Source: Mobula hypostoma (lineage: Eukaryota). From it: a stretch of 64,000 nt of DNA. Shown here piece by piece: positions 36,701-50,649 of this stretch. A program made the translations under genes and the position numbers. The notes beneath the pieces are model-generated. The model did no database searches and had not been told where the DNA came from. It worked only from the letters and a program-made list of their open reading frames with translations. The number at the start of each line of letters is the position of its first letter. Position 1 is the first letter of the stretch. The stretch lies in the NCBI RefSeq assembly GCF_963921235.1, contig NC_086109.1:33482001-33546000 (forward strand). The letters run 5' to 3'.

Positions 36701-37246
36701 AGAACAGTATTTAAATTCAGTACAGGATTGTCATACTAACACTGAGCCAGCAGATAGTGCTATTGTCATTTATTAAACCAGACTTCAATCTGGTAGCAGC
36801 TGTGGAGGTGAGAAACTGAACCTACTAAGTAGGTGAAAATTTATGTAGTGATCCAAGACCTTGGATTATCGACCAACATCTCTGTATGTACACATAATTG
36901 TGGCATATGGTGAGATCCAAAATATATTCCTATATAAATATACACATTGTTTACTCAGAACTTCTCAATTTGTACTGTAAAATATGCTTTGTTCGTTTGG
37001 AATTGGTTTTTGACAATTTTTTGGCAAGTTTTGCTCTAAGTGTTAAATGATAATTGTATGATAAACATGTTATTTTAGAACTTAATATAATCAGAATTTT
37101 TATACAATGGATACCTTTTGAATTTTTACATATTTAAACTCACATTATACAGATCTTCTAAACTCAAATTAAACAGAATGATGTTTTATTCATCTGTATG
37201 TATGATATGGGTTTAGGGCAAGTTACCACAACAATAACAACAACTT

Positions 37247-37480
37247 GTACTTACTTCAGCCCGTCACCCCTACTGGGGCATAGGCCGTTGGCAGAGTCCT
37301 CTGTCCTTGGCTGGTCCTTCAAGTTATGCTGAGGTGTCCGTGTAGCCCATCTTCGAAGATCCTTCCTCTCCCAGGGATGAGGTCTCCTGAGCTTGTTTGC
37401 TTTTCTGTAGCACTGGTTTTTACATGATGGGATTGCTAGCCCTGTGCCCAACCCTGCCCCTTTCACAGCTGGGCCTGGGA
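37247..37480 (-). mobile_element. RTE-type LINE 3' end remnant
   Basis: The minus strand ends ggcctatgccccagtaggggtgacgggctgaagtaagta, with a (TAAG)n-like tail. Confidence 0.5.
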
Positions 37481-37579
37481 AGTTCACAGTGGAATTAACT
37501 TACATTTATATAACTATTTATATGTCAATTTCACAAGCATTATGAACATTTCAAATAGACCTGCCTAATACGAGCAGAA

Positions 37580-37860
37580 ATGATCAAAGTAGTAGATTTT
37601 AAGGAGTATCTTAACAAAAGGGAGAGAAGTAATGAGAGAGTGAGAAGCTTTTGGTGGGAATTCCAGAGTTTAGATATCGAGGCCTGGAGAGCTTGTAAGA
37701 AGGATACAACAAGGTGCAGAGATGTTGGAGCTTTGTAAGGCTGTGTGAGATTATCGAGTTAACAAGGAGCGAGCTTGTGGAAAATCTGGAATCAAGGATG
37801 AGCATTTAAAAATTGAAATATCGCCATACCAGGAGCCAGTGAAGCCCAGTAACTGCAGGG
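37580..37860 (-). mobile_element. L2-like ancient fragment
   Basis: gattttaaggagtatcttaa...gggaattccagagtttag...tttaaaaattga resembles the antisense of an L2 ORF2 C-terminus. Pattern recognition only. Confidence 0.35.
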
Positions 37861-38589
37861 GTAGTTCTGAGCATATTAGAACATAGGTTCATTTTTACAG
37901 AGCTGCAGGAGCATTGCAATATTTAAGCCCAGCTTTAATAAACACATGATAGGAGTGTTTCAGGACAAGGTACATTATTGTAGAGTGAAGTGAGGCCTTG
38001 CTGTAGAGCCAGAAGTATGTGGCATTGGTGAGGGAGTGTCCGTGTTCTAGTGCTCAGCTAAGGGTCAAGTAGAGAGAAGCTGGCATACAGTCTGATCCAC
38101 CTTCAGATAATAGCCAGAGAGATTGACGGGATCAGTTGATTGGAAATGGGGGTTAAGTCTAAATTAATTTCCTTGTTATCTTAGATAATCAACAACATTC
38201 TCCTGGTAAACTCTATTTTGTATTTCAGGAACAATTAGTTTAACTGGTGCAATACTGTTATGAATCGGTCAGGCCTAACATCAATACAGGGAAATATAAC
38301 TTCTGTTGGGAATAGGACTGGCTGGCCCAATCTATTTTAGTGAAAAGCTGGATGTAGCTGTTTTTAAGAAGGCATTTGATTTTCTCCTTAGTGTTACACT
38401 TTCTTATTCTCTCAGGATGCTGATTGCAAAATAGGTTTACAAACGTGATGGCCCAGCATCTGATTGTTAGCTTTGAATCGGATGGACTTGAGGTTCTTGT
38501 CTTGAGATCATTGAGAATCATGCAGAGTACTCATTACAATATGTAAATTAAAATCCCTGAGGGGTTGTAAAATGCTTATATGAAGTTGT

Positions 38590-40790
38590 AAACACAAGAA
38601 AAGACTGCAGATGCTGGAAATCCAAAGCAATGCACACAAAATGTTGGAGCAGCTCAGGAGGTCAGACAGCATCTGTGGAAGTGAATAAGCAGTCAATGTT
38701 TCGGGCCGAGACTCTTCTTCAGGACTGAGAGAGACGGGGAAAGATGCCAGAATAAAAAAGGTGGGGGAGGGGTAAGAAACTAGCTGGAAGGTGATAGGTG
38801 AAGCCACGTGGGTGGGAAAGATCAAGGGCTAGGGAGGAAAGAATCTGATAGGAGAGGAGAGTGGAACAATAGAAAAAGAGAAGGAGATGGGGACCCACGG
38901 TGAAGTAATAGGCAGGTGAGGTCAGAATGGGGCAACAGAGGACGGGGGGGAGGGGAACTTGTTTACCAGAAGGAGAAGTTGATATTCATGCCATCAGGTC
39001 AGAGGGTACCCAGACAGAATATAAAGTGTTGCTCCTTCATCCTGAGGGTAGCCTTATCTGGTGCGAGAAGAAGCCATGGACCGACACGTTGGAACAAGAA
39101 TGGGAAAGGGAATTAAAATGTTTGGCCACTGGGAAGTCCCGCTCGTGTCGGATGGTGCGGAGGTGCTTGGCAAAGCGGTCCCCCAATTTCCGACGGGTCT
39201 CACCAGTGTAGAGGAGGCTGCATCAGGAGCACTGGACACAATAGACAACCCCAGCAGATACACATGTGAAGTGTTGCCTCACCTGGAAGACCTGTTTGGA
39301 GCCCTCAGTGGAGGTGAGGGAGATGATGTATGAGCAGGTCCAGCTCTTAGGCTACTTGCAGGGATAAGTTCCTGGAGGAAGATTATTGGGGAGGGACGAA
39401 TGGACAGGGGAATCGTGGAGGGAGCGATCCCCGAGGAAAGTGGGGAGAGGGGAGGTAAAGATATGTTTAGTGTTTGGATTTCTTTGGAGATGGTGGAATT
39501 AGCAGAGGATAATGTATTGGACGTGGAGGCTGATGGTGTGGTAGGTAAGGACAAGAAGGACTCTATCACTATTAAGGAGGCAGGAAAATAAGGTGAGCGC
39601 GGATATATGGGAAATAGAGGAGATGCAGGTGAGGGCAGCATCAATAGTGGAGGGAGGGAACCCCTGTTCTTTAAAGGAGGAGGACACCGCTGATGTTCTG
39701 GAATAGAAAGCCATGTCCTGGGAACAGATGCAGTCGAGGCGAAGAAACGGAGAAAAGGGAATAGCATTTTTACAGGAGATAGGGTGGGAAGAAGTTTAGT
39801 CGAGGTATCTGTGGGAGCCAGTAGGTTTATAAAAGATGTCAGATGACCGTTTGTCTTCAGAGATGGAGACAGGGAGATCGAGAAAGGGGAAGTATGTGTC
39901 AGAAATGGACCAAGTGAATTTAAGAGCAGGGTGGAAGTTGGAGGCAAAGCTAATAAAATTGATGAGCTCAGCAAGGGTGCATGAAGCAGCACCAATGCAG
40001 TTGCCAAAATAGCAGAGGAAGAGTTGGTGAGTATAACTGGAGAAGGCTTGGGACATGGTCTGATCTACACAACCAACAAAGAGACAGGCATAGCTGGAGC
40101 CCATGCAAGTGCCCATGGCTACCCCTCAGGTTTGAAGAACGTGGGAGGAGCCAAAGAAAAAGTTGTTTAGGGTGAGGACCAGGCGGCGAAAGGTGGTGTT
40201 GAAGGGGGATTGGTTGGTTCTTTCATCAAGAAAGAAGTGGCCAGTTTTGAGGTCTTCCTGATGTGGGATAGAAGTGCATAAGGACTGAACATCCTTGGTG
40301 AAGATGAGGCGGTCAGGGACAGGGAATGGAAAGTTATTGAGGAGATCGAGGACATGAAAAGTTTCACGGATGTAGGTGGGAAGGGGCTGAACCAAGGGGG
40401 ATAGAATAGAATCGAGATATAAGGACACAAATTCAGTAAGGCAGGAGCAGGCACAGACAATGGGTCAACTTGGGCAGTCCGGATTGTGGATCTTGGGTAG
40501 GAGGTAGAAGCGAGCAGTGTGGGGTAAGGGAACTATAAGATTGGTGGCAGTGGCTGGGAGTTCTCCAGAGTGGGTGAAGTCAGAGATTGTGTCAGAGACA
40601 GTTTTCTGATGGTGTAGAGTGGGATCCTCCTCGGCGGGGAGGGGGATAGGTATGAGGTGGTGTCTGAGAGTTGCTGCCTGGCTTCAGCAAGCTGGAAGTC
40701 TTTGCACCCACTTCATCTGCAGGCTTGATGGTAATTTCAGGATTGGTGCAGAGAGAATGGAGAGCAATGTGTTCGGAGGGGGTAAGGGAG
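38590..40790 (-). mobile_element. Older Neptune-type Penelope-like element
   Basis: Colinear with 26764-29160: ITIKPADE, DVQSLCTSIP, MGSSYACLF, FYKPTGSH and a GIY-YIG remnant. Degenerate hammerhead at ~38690-38728. Confidence 0.88.
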
Positions 40791-41081
40791 GAGAGAGGAG
40801 TACTGTACTGAAGACGATACAGTGAAGAAATTACAATATTCAGCATACTTAGTGCAATGCCCTGGTTCACATCTTTACTGCCATGCTGTAGCTATTTCAT
40901 TTAGCAGCTCTGTTCTGCTTTCAGCCTGAATGGATTATTGTTGAAGATAAGGGATGATGTGGAATGAGTACCATCCAATTAGCGGGAGGTTTTCTTGGTG
41001 AGTGACAATAAAGTTGAGCTTGATGTTGTTTAGTTGGAGAGGAAATAAAGAGAGAAGATGCTGGGGAGAACCGGTTGTAGC

Positions 41082-43602
41082 CAATGTTCTCTCTAATTTT
41101 TAGTAGTCAGTGTGTGCAAAAATCTTATGTTGTGCAATTTTTTTTTCCTGTGACAGAAGTATGTGCGCACTGAATGCACACATGGCACAGTTTATGTAGG
41201 TTTACAAGATATTTGACATAAAACTGCACGGAATTACAAAAAAATAACATACATATTTAAGTCACTCAGTTATTTTTTCTCTCTCCTGTCTTTGGCATTT
41301 ACCCATTCTTTGTAAACTCTATCTAGACTAATAGAACTTCCATCCACTTGATAGCTTTTGATTCTCATTAACATATCCAAATGACATTCACCTAAACGGT
41401 TTCTCAGCTTGTTTTTGAGTTGATTCATTAGGCTAAAGCCTTGCTCACAGTCTGCACTAGACACAAGAAAGGTTCTCCCAATGTCCATCAACTGTGCAAG
41501 GTCGCAAAACTCTTCCTTTTGAAGTACAAATGCCACCATATGAGCAAAGTTTGAAATCAGTTTGGATTTAATTTTTTCTTGCACGGAAAATTTGAAATCA
41601 TTAAGCTGTCTAACTATTACAGTATTTTCAGCTAGAAAATCATGATATTTTAGACATAAGGCATTAACTTGTTTATCGCCAAATGTGAAGTCACAATCTG
41701 CAATTGCGGAGAAATCAAAAGCGGACCATTCTTGTACCTCATCTTCAGGAAACCCTTCTTCTAAATGAACACAAAGACTATTTATAAAAGTCAACAGCGA
41801 ACTCATATCTACTGTGACATTTTCTTCACATTGTTGGCTTAGCAAAACTTTAACTTTGTCACTCCACGAGACATTGTCTCCTAGATACTGCTTTCTTATC
41901 TTGTTAATTTTGCCTCGCGCAAAATGAAGTGAACCAATCGGAGTCAGGCCACTCTTTTGCAGAATCTTGCACAGTGCAGCCAGTTCATCAAAGCCATCAC
42001 TTAAAACCTGTAAAGCTACTTTGTATGTGATGTTTATCAATTTCTTGTGACGGTATTTAGCCACAGGGTCATTTGACTGATCTTCTTCAAAGTATGTGAT
42101 CAGTGCCTCATAATTTGTTATTATTGCCTGCAATGCAAAGTGTCTAGATACCCATCTGACTTCATTAAGTGGTCTGAAAGCAACAGCTTCATTTTCAGAG
42201 GCCTCTGCAATTTCTTTAAATTAGCATCTTTTAACTGCAGATTGAGAAAACATTGTACAGATTGTTCTCATCAAAGTTTCAATGTCTCTGATTAACTTGA
42301 CTTCTTTCCATGCATCATAAATCCCCAGATCTTCGAGGTGTGCTACACAGTGTTGCTGAACTGAGTGTGGAAAGTCCTGTTAAATTCTTGCTGCAACGCC
42401 GTTAACTCTGCCCAACATTACTGACGCTCCATCAGACGTAAACATCACCATTTTATGGAGGTCAAGTTTCTTCTCTTCATAAAACTGCTTGATCACTAAA
42501 ACAATAGAAGAAGCATCACACATCTGCAGCTGAACTTTTCCGCCAAAAAACGTTTTATAAACAGTTCAATCTTTAGATCTGAATTTGAAGTACAGAATTA
42601 GACATTTGTTGACAGATATGTCTGTGGTTTCATCAACTGCCAACGTGTGAAAATCTGCTGATGCTATTTCTTCAAACATGTCTATCTGAACAATATAGTT
42701 GATAGTCTCCAGAAATTCGAACTCATAATTTTTGCTTTGCCAGCTGTCAGGGAGTTGAACATTTCCATATATTTATTAATGTGTAGAACTGAATGTAAAG
42801 AGTTATTCATTTTAACAGCTAACAACACACTGTTGATAAGGACTTTGATCTCCTCTGGGTTTGGTTGTTTTCGTTCTTGCTCATCTGCACTCAACCGTAA
42901 CATACATAGCACTCCTGTAATGGGTAATGATGGGTTCTGTTGCCTGAGCTTTACTACACTGTCCAAATGCGATTTACTTGCTAAATGATGCTTCAAAAGG
43001 TCAGGTTTCCAAATATCATCCCACTTCTCTCCACTAGCAAATTCTCCAGCAACGTTCGCATCACCACAATACAAACAGATAACTCCAATTTTGGAATCAT
43101 ACGTAAATATTTCTCGCAGCTCAACGTTCATGACCTCATGAGCTTTCAGTGTAGCAGTTTCTTCTATTTTGTTAAGCCATTCAACTTTAAACAAATTTAC
43201 TTTTGTGCTTCACGCCCTTCACTTCTTTTGAATTCGACAAAATGAATCAATTTTTTTTCAATAAAAACTTTGTAAGCTATCTACAGGATTTGAAATAGAT
43301 CTTTGTAAACTTTACGATATGAACACTGTCCGCCAAAGATGGATGCCACCGTGATGCAGCTGTACAAACCGGAACAGGAAAGGTGAGGTGATGTAAATTA
43401 GTGACGTGCATTGTAGTATTTGAAAAACCGACTAACTAGTTAACAGAAACATTTAGCTGAAAGATTATTTTCAATAAGTATAATCATTAATTACTACATT
43501 ATTTTGGGTAACTAACCTTTTGTGCGCACATTAATTTCCTTTGTGCGCTGGCTGAAAAACGTGTGTGCGTGCACACACGCGCACAGCTCAGAAGGAACAT
43601 AG
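41082..43602 (-). mobile_element. hAT DNA transposon (Tip100/ZNF862-like transposase)
   Basis: Imperfect 15-bp TIRs caatgttctctctaa and tcagaaggaacatag, with an 8-bp TSD gttgtagc/gtcgtagc at 41074-41081 and 43603-43610. Confidence 0.9.
41270..43240 (-). pseudogene. hAT transposase, frameshifted
   Basis: N-terminal C2H2-like CLYC..HLASKSH, LAVDETTD, FTSDGASVM, HCVAH, VRW, and a C-terminal dimerisation motif SSADCEQGFSLMN..LRNRL. Confidence 0.85.
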
Positions 43603-46600
43603 GTCGTAGCATACGATCAGTAGGAGACCCGTTTGTTCAAGATGGATTGCGAGTGACGTTCAGAAGGTGGTGTGTGCTTTTAAATTGACCAAGGGCCCAG
43701 CACGTGAGTGACAGAGAAGTTCAAAATGAGCACCACCTTGTGCACATTTGACTGTTTAATTAGAATGGGCCCTTTTCTCTTTGTTATTCCTTACTAACCC
43801 TTTAGTTAAAATTCATAAATACAGTTTCTTTAATCGTATGCAGTGTACGGTGTGTTATTTTGTGGCATTAATTTGTAATAGGGTAGCAAATGACACTGCA
43901 TCCACACAAACCGGGGTTTGGGGTGGGATCAAGTGCACCTCAATCTCTAAAGTTTGGCGGGGCCAGAGGTTGTCTTTCCTAGACTTACGCAGCCAAGGAA
44001 ACGGATGTTTTTCATTGTGGGGGTATAGTCCAGGATCGATTTCGTTGGATGCTATGTGATTGCCCTGAGCATTGATCCAGTGGGTTGTATGTTTAAGTCT
44101 GTGTTAAACTATTGTTCAGTAAAGTAATTATGATACGTGGTTGTGAGTACAGCAGGGGTGGAGCGGAGGTTTGATAAAATGGCGGGCAAAGACTTTGTTC
44201 TAGTTCAGAACAGCACTGACGCACGGCAGTGGAACTGCCTGGTACTATTGGGGCCCTGGGAGAGTGGGGGCCGTGGGCTGTCCGTACTTTCTGGGAGGAG
44301 GGGAGTGAAGGCGAGTGTGCTGAATCAGAAGCCAAGTCTCTCGTAGTTGGGGGTGGAGACATTAAAGACAGGTTGCTCTCGTTTCTGCGGAGCGAGGGGA
44401 AGGAGTGGTCTGATGTAGAAAGTCTAATGAGTCCTCCAGCAAGGGTCGGGCATTCTGAGTTGGTAACGGCCCTTACTTCCCCGGCAAATAAATGGCAAAA
44501 TGCCCAGGTTCAAATTCTCAGGAATGAAGCCCACCCCTAAAGGGGAAGAGGAGTATGAAACTTGGGCAGAGCAAACTTCTCAGTTGCTAGACGAGTGGCA
44601 GTGCTCTGATGACGAAAAAAAAGGCAGCGATTGGTTGAAAGTCTGAAGTGGCCGGTTGTTGGCGTAGTGAGATCCATAAAGACACAGAACCCCTTTGCTA
44701 CTTCTGCGGGTTACGTGCAAGCGGTACAAAAGGGGTTTGGCACGATGGGAAGTCCATTGGAGTTTATGACCCGGTTTTCGAACATGTTTCAGGAGAAGGG
44801 GGAAAAGCTTTCTGCCTACATTTTTCGGCTAGAGAGGCAGCTAAAATGCTTGCGGCGTAGAGGGGCCATTCAAATAGCTGAGGTGAATCATTAAGAATGG
44901 ACCAAGTTGCAAAAGGCCCCCATTCTCCAGACCTGATCATTTGGTATTTCTAAATGTCTCGTAAGATGTGCCCTCCACTCTCGTTTGCCGAGCTGATCAG
45001 AGAAGTAAGAGAGGAGGAGAATGCAGTGGAGGTGTGGGAGGCCTTCATCCACAGGGTATAGTGCTCGGTAGAGGTCCCCTTGGCTGACATGACCACTCAT
45101 AATCCACCCGGGGAGTGGTGAAGGAGCATGTGGCCGAGCTTAGGACTGAGATGTCCTGGTTGTTATCAGTGGGTGCGCCCCCCCGCGTACGATAGAGTTA
45201 TAGGGGGGCAGACCCCTTATGGGGGCGGACTACGCAGAGGGCTGCTAGTGGCCAGGGTCCTGTGAGAAGAGGAGTAGCCGGTATTGTCTATTGTAACTGC
45301 GGAGAAGAGGGACACTTCGGACGGGAGTGTGAATGAAGGGAAACCTCTTGGAGAGTGAGCCCCTGCGTGCCTAAGCAGAGAGTGACGTTGGGAAACTTAG
45401 AAGAGACCCAGCTAGGAAACGGCCTGGCATCTTGCCAGTAATATATCAGGGAACTCCCTAAAGCAAAAGTCCCAATTCCTGAAGGTTTAATGGGGCTTAG
45501 CTCCAGTGTGACCATACGGATTGAGGGTATTTGACACCAGCTCTCAGGTTACTCTGCTGTACCGTTCGTTTTACAACTAGTATATGATGCATTTACCATT
45601 GACGCCACTCAGTGTGCTAGAGATCTGGGGTCTTAGTACGGATGACTATCCATATGGTGGTTACTTGTCATTGGAATCTAGAGTTTTCAGAGGCAGATGT
45701 GGGAGTAGCTGAGGTCTTTGATACATTAGTGCTGGTTTATCTGACCCAGTCGAGAAGGATGAAGCTTCAATTCTTGTGGGGACGAATACTCCTATTGTGA
45801 GGAGGCTAGTGGGAGCCTGCAAGGAGAAAGTTGGAGAGAGCTTTTGGAAAACATTGTCCATTCACCGTGTTCTGAGTTGCTTTAGAGGAACTGTGTGGCC
45901 TCACTAGGCTGAATGATGAGCATAAACGAGGGACTGTGAGATTCACCCAGTCAAAACCAGTAGTGTTATGGCCTGGGGAAGTAGCGAGAGTGATGGAAAA
46001 CCCCAGATTTCCAGTAATGTCTGTGGTCGAGGCTCTCTTGTTGGATGTTCCGGAAGACAATGGAGAGGAGTCACGCTTACCTGCTGGGGTACTGGTGAGG
46101 CCCAAACTGCAGAAGCCCTCGATTGTACAGATGAACAGGATAACAGTGAGTGTCAGGAACACTTCAGCGTGGGAGGTCACCCTCAGGCGGTGATACCAAT
46201 AGCGCACCTCTTCCCGGTGACAGTACTGTCTAGTGTCCCTGTGAGACAAGCCAGGGACAAACTCTTTCCAAAAGGTGGACAGATGACTGCCGAGTCATTC
46301 AACTTTGGGGACTCCCCGGTATCTGGAGGCTGGAAGAGGAGGTTGATAGAGAAAATGTTGAAGCTGGAAGATGTCTTTTCTACTGACGAGTTTGGTGAGG
46401 GTTGTTCCAAGAGCTCTCACCACACCGTCCAGGTAACAGAGGACATCCCGTTCATAGAAAGGTCACAGCAATGGGCGCCTGCAGAGGTGGGGGATGTTTG
46501 GCAGCATCTGTGGAAGCTGGGATCATCACTGAATCCAGAAGCCCTTATGCGTCTCTGATAGTGGTGGCCAGGAAGAAGAATGGGAAGTTCCTTTGTGTGG

Positions 46601-48699
46601 ACTATTGGACTCTGAACAGCCATAGAGTCCCCGACCAATATGCTGTCTCGAGAATTGAGGAAGTGCTGGTCTGCCTGAATGGTGCGACGTGGTTCAGTGT
46701 GCTGGACTTGAGGAGTGGGTACTACCAGATACCCTTGAGTGAGGCTGATAAAGAGAAGATTTATCTGAAGTATGTATCTGATTTGAGAAGGGAGCTGAAA
46801 AGGGTTTATGAATGAGCTGAGGTCTCAGCTACCAAGCAGAATCCAAGAAATAAGAGGAGGTATGATCAAAGGGTTAGGTTCTCCTAACTCATGCCTGGAG
46901 ACTGAGTCATCATGAAGAATTTGGGGCTACCTGGGATGCATAAGTTGGCTGACCGCTGGGTGGCTACACTCTATGTAATTAAGAGTCAGATGCTAAACAT
47001 ACCAGTTTTCTGGGTAAAACCAGGAGGATGGGGATGGGCCTGGCAAAATTCCCCATCGGAACCACCTTCTACCTCTGGGACAAGAGTTGCATGTTGACTC
47101 AGAGTCTGGCCTGGCCCCTATACCCAGTAAGAGGACTCTGCGGCAACACGGCGAGACTGAAGGGCCAGCAGCAGGAAGGATTAAACTGGCACCTGCCCCT
47201 GAATGGGATACGGACTCAGAGGATGAGGAAATGGGGAGGGTTAGCAGTGCTCAGGCAGCTGGACCAAGAAGGGGGGGGGGGGCTGTGCTCTAAAGTAACT
47301 GGGGATGAAGCTGAGCTCAGCCAAGTGGCGGAGGGGTCGGAGTTGCAGGAGGCACGAGTGATAGACTGGGGGAGGCCTTGTCATATAGACCAGAAGAATC
47401 CCAAGGAGTGTCTGAAACTGAAGAAGTGGATGATGGGATAAGGAGGTCTCAGAGCCAGGAGACTCCCGGATAGGCTGGCCTATATAGCACCGGGAAAACT
47501 GAGGGTTGTGACTATCGCCCCTAGTGAGATATCTCAATACCATTCACAAATCGATTGGACGTTCTGACATCACAAAATTCCTTTGAAAACGACGTTATTA
47601 ATGACGGGATGACAAATTATTTCAAAGTCATGAGGACAAGGCTATTTGTGGTGGGGGGAGAGTGTAGTGCCTTGGTTCACGTCTTTACTGTTACGCTGTA
47701 GGTATTTCACTTAGCAGCTTTGTAAGAGCTGTTTGTTCTGCTCTCAGCCTGTTTGGGTTCTTGTTGAAGATAAGGGATGATGTGGAATGAGTGCCATCCA
47801 ATTAGCGGGAGGTTTTCTTGGTGAGGGACACTAAGGTTAGGCTTTTTTGTAAGAGAGGAGATGAAGAGAGAAGATGCGGGGGAGAACTGGTCGTAGCATA
47901 TGATGGGTGGGAGACACGTTTGTTCGAGATGGATTGTGAGTGACGTTCGGAAGGTGGTGTGTGCTTTCCTGTTGACTGTGCACCCAGTGCATGAGTAACA
48001 GAGAAATTCAAGATGAGCTCCAACTGGTGCACATTTATCTGTTCAATCAGAATGGGCCATTTCTTTTTGTTATTCTTTACTAAGCTTTCAGTTAAGATTC
48101 AAAAATATAATTTGTTTAATCGTATGCAGTGTACTGACTGTTACTTTGTAGCATTAATTTGTAACAGGGTAGTAAATGACACTGCATCCACACAAACCGG
48201 GGTTTGGGGTGGGATCAAGCGCGCCTCAATTTCTAAAGTTTGGCGGGGCCGGAGGTTGTCTTCCCTGGACTTACACAGCCAAAGAAACTGAGGTGTTTCA
48301 TTAGCATTGGTAACCAAAGACACATACTTTTCAGGAAGAAGCATCCAGGACCATGATTTGGAAAGGTCATCACCTCCATTCAGGTAAGGCAGCATTTGTC
48401 CTGTCAGTTGCTCCTGTGTTCTTCAGAATCTTTCACCTGAAATTTTGTTTGAAGTGTATTGTTATTTTAGAGATACAGGAATGGTGGCAACTGAACTATT
48501 TGTCTCTCCCATATTTACATCTAAATTTTACTCTTGTTGCTGCCCAGTGCAAGTTGCATTGGTCCTTTGAGGGAGATACGTCTGTCATCTCTTACCATTT
48601 TCTTTACCAGTGTCTTTGATGCAGTCGCAATACTTTAGGTTCAATAAACTTTCTTATGAGAGTTAAATATGAAATTCATAGAATTTCATAGTATTGTAC

Positions 48700-49300
48700 G
48701 TCCAGACTCACGTCATTCTACAGATGCACAGCGGGGAGCATCCTAACAAGCTGCATCACTGCCTGGTATGGAAACTGCACTGCTGTGGACAGGAAGGCTT
48801 GACAAATGGTACTGAAAACTGCCCAGTGCATCACTGGCACCATCCTACCCACCATCATGGACAAATATACAGAAAGGTGCCGGAAAAGGGCCAGTAACAT
48901 CATGAGGCGTCCACCACACCCTGCTCATGGACTGTTTGTCCCACTCCCATTGGGGAGGAGGCTACATAGCATCCACACCAGGACAACCAGGCTCAAAAAC
49001 AGTTACTTTTCCCAAGCAGTAAGGCTGATTAACACCTCCACCCGCTAACCCCACCACTGCTTTATTATTTCCCATCAGTCACCTTATGTACAGTCCAACG
49101 TCACTTTACGGACATACAATCAATTTATGTATATAAGCTATTTTATGTATTTATATTTTTGTGTTTCTTTTATTATTATTGTATTATTGTGTTCCTTATC
49201 TTTTGTGTTTTTTCAGTGCAAAATTGGATCTGGAGCAATAATCATTTTGTTACCCATACAATTGTGTACATGAAATGACATTAAACAATTTAGAATTGAG
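48700..49300 (+). mobile_element. Rex1/Babar LINE 3' fragment
   Basis: ESILTSCITAWYGNC and HPAHGLFVPLPLGRRLHSIHTRTTRLKNSYF. Confidence 0.8.
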
Positions 49301-50649
49301 GTCAAACTATTAACCTAATCAGGAAATTATTCCCTGTATTCACATCTAGAACATGTGGTCACACAGAATATGACCTCACTCTCCCTTGGACTCCATCTTC
49401 TTCCACATTGTATTTGCCAACTTATAGCAGTGAATAAAATCACTTGACGAAACAAACTGTTCTCCATATCTGAAGTTGTTCAATTATTTCCATTGCATTA
49501 AAAGCCACGAGCTAAAGTAATAAACTGGCTTGTTATTGCAGCAGATGCAAAGCATCCTACAATGCAAACTGTAGCCATGGCAATTTAAAGCTTCAGGAGT
49601 CACAAAGATTTCAAAGATTATGACTATTATCAGTGTTTATTTGTATACAATCTATACAAACGAGCAACTTCATGGAAAAGTGAACCATATAGAAATGACA
49701 AAAGATATTAAGATTGTAAATGTTGAAATATAATTGTAAAAATATCCCCATCTATTTCGACTTATTTAGTGACTATTTATGCAAGCTGATTTTCAGCTGG
49801 TAAAATAATTTTTTTTTAAGTGCTTATGTTGACTACTTTATAGATCTTTCATTACTCAGACACATAAATAATTCAGACACATTAAAATTCAACGTTGGAG
49901 AGGTTTGATGAAATGAGCAGCCTGAATGAATTCCCAGAGGAGTGCTGCAGCTTTCTAGGAAAACCAGCTTTGATATGCACATTGAACTATAGCCCTCGCA
50001 ATTAAAGCCTCAGATGGAACAGATGGTTTGTTGATAGAGCACTTCTAAGAAAATGTTATTATAGCAGTAGCAGGAAAATTGGTAACAAGCTGTTTCTCTT
50101 TCATGTCATGTATTAAACTGAACTGAGAAATGAATTCTGAGACAGAATTTAGTCCTGATGAAAAATATTTCATTCTTTTGTAGGCAGTGCATATTTAATA
50201 ATACATGATTATTAAAACTGAAAGTTCAAATCTCAATTAAAAATGATGAAAATACCGTATATACTAATGAGCTCAAAAATGAAATCGTGTTCCAAGGAAA
50301 TATATTTCTGAGCCAAGGTTCCTCTTATTCCTTTACTGGGTCCATTAATTATATGGAAGGACAGCTCTTCTTATGTTTTGCATTAAAATAATTTTATCCC
50401 CTTTACTGATGCAAATGAGATTCCCTCCTTGCAAACAGATTGTATATTCTTTGAAACTGAGGTTAGCCCTACTATAATTTTTTGATAATTGTAACATCAT
50501 GTAGATCTAACTGAAGTGGAATCAGAATATGACATCAAACCAGCCCAGAAATGGGACTGAATTGTACTGGCTTTTTTCCTTAGTAGATAAGTACTTGCTG
50601 GAAGTTTAGAAGGATGAGGGGAGACCTTATCAAAACACATTGAATATTG

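Larger units (their letters stand above)
40853..48300 (+). mobile_element. Gypsy LTR retrotransposon with PNMA/Ma-like gag and internally deleted pol
   Basis: 5' LTR at 40853-44014 (split by the hAT), 3' LTR at 47663-48300, TG..CA termini, 4-bp TSD ttag, degenerate tRNA-Pro-like PBS at ~44018, and PPT ggtggggggagag at 47650-47662. Coding remnants: gag GEEEYETWAEQ..LVESL, knuckle CNCGEEGHFGREC, protease DTSSQVT and RT VLDLRSGYYQI. Confidence 0.88.

Noticed and set aside
41270..42133. 287-aa ORF as a domesticated ZNF862-like host gene
   Set aside because: It lies between TIRs with a TSD, and the upstream catalytic region is frameshifted and contains stops.
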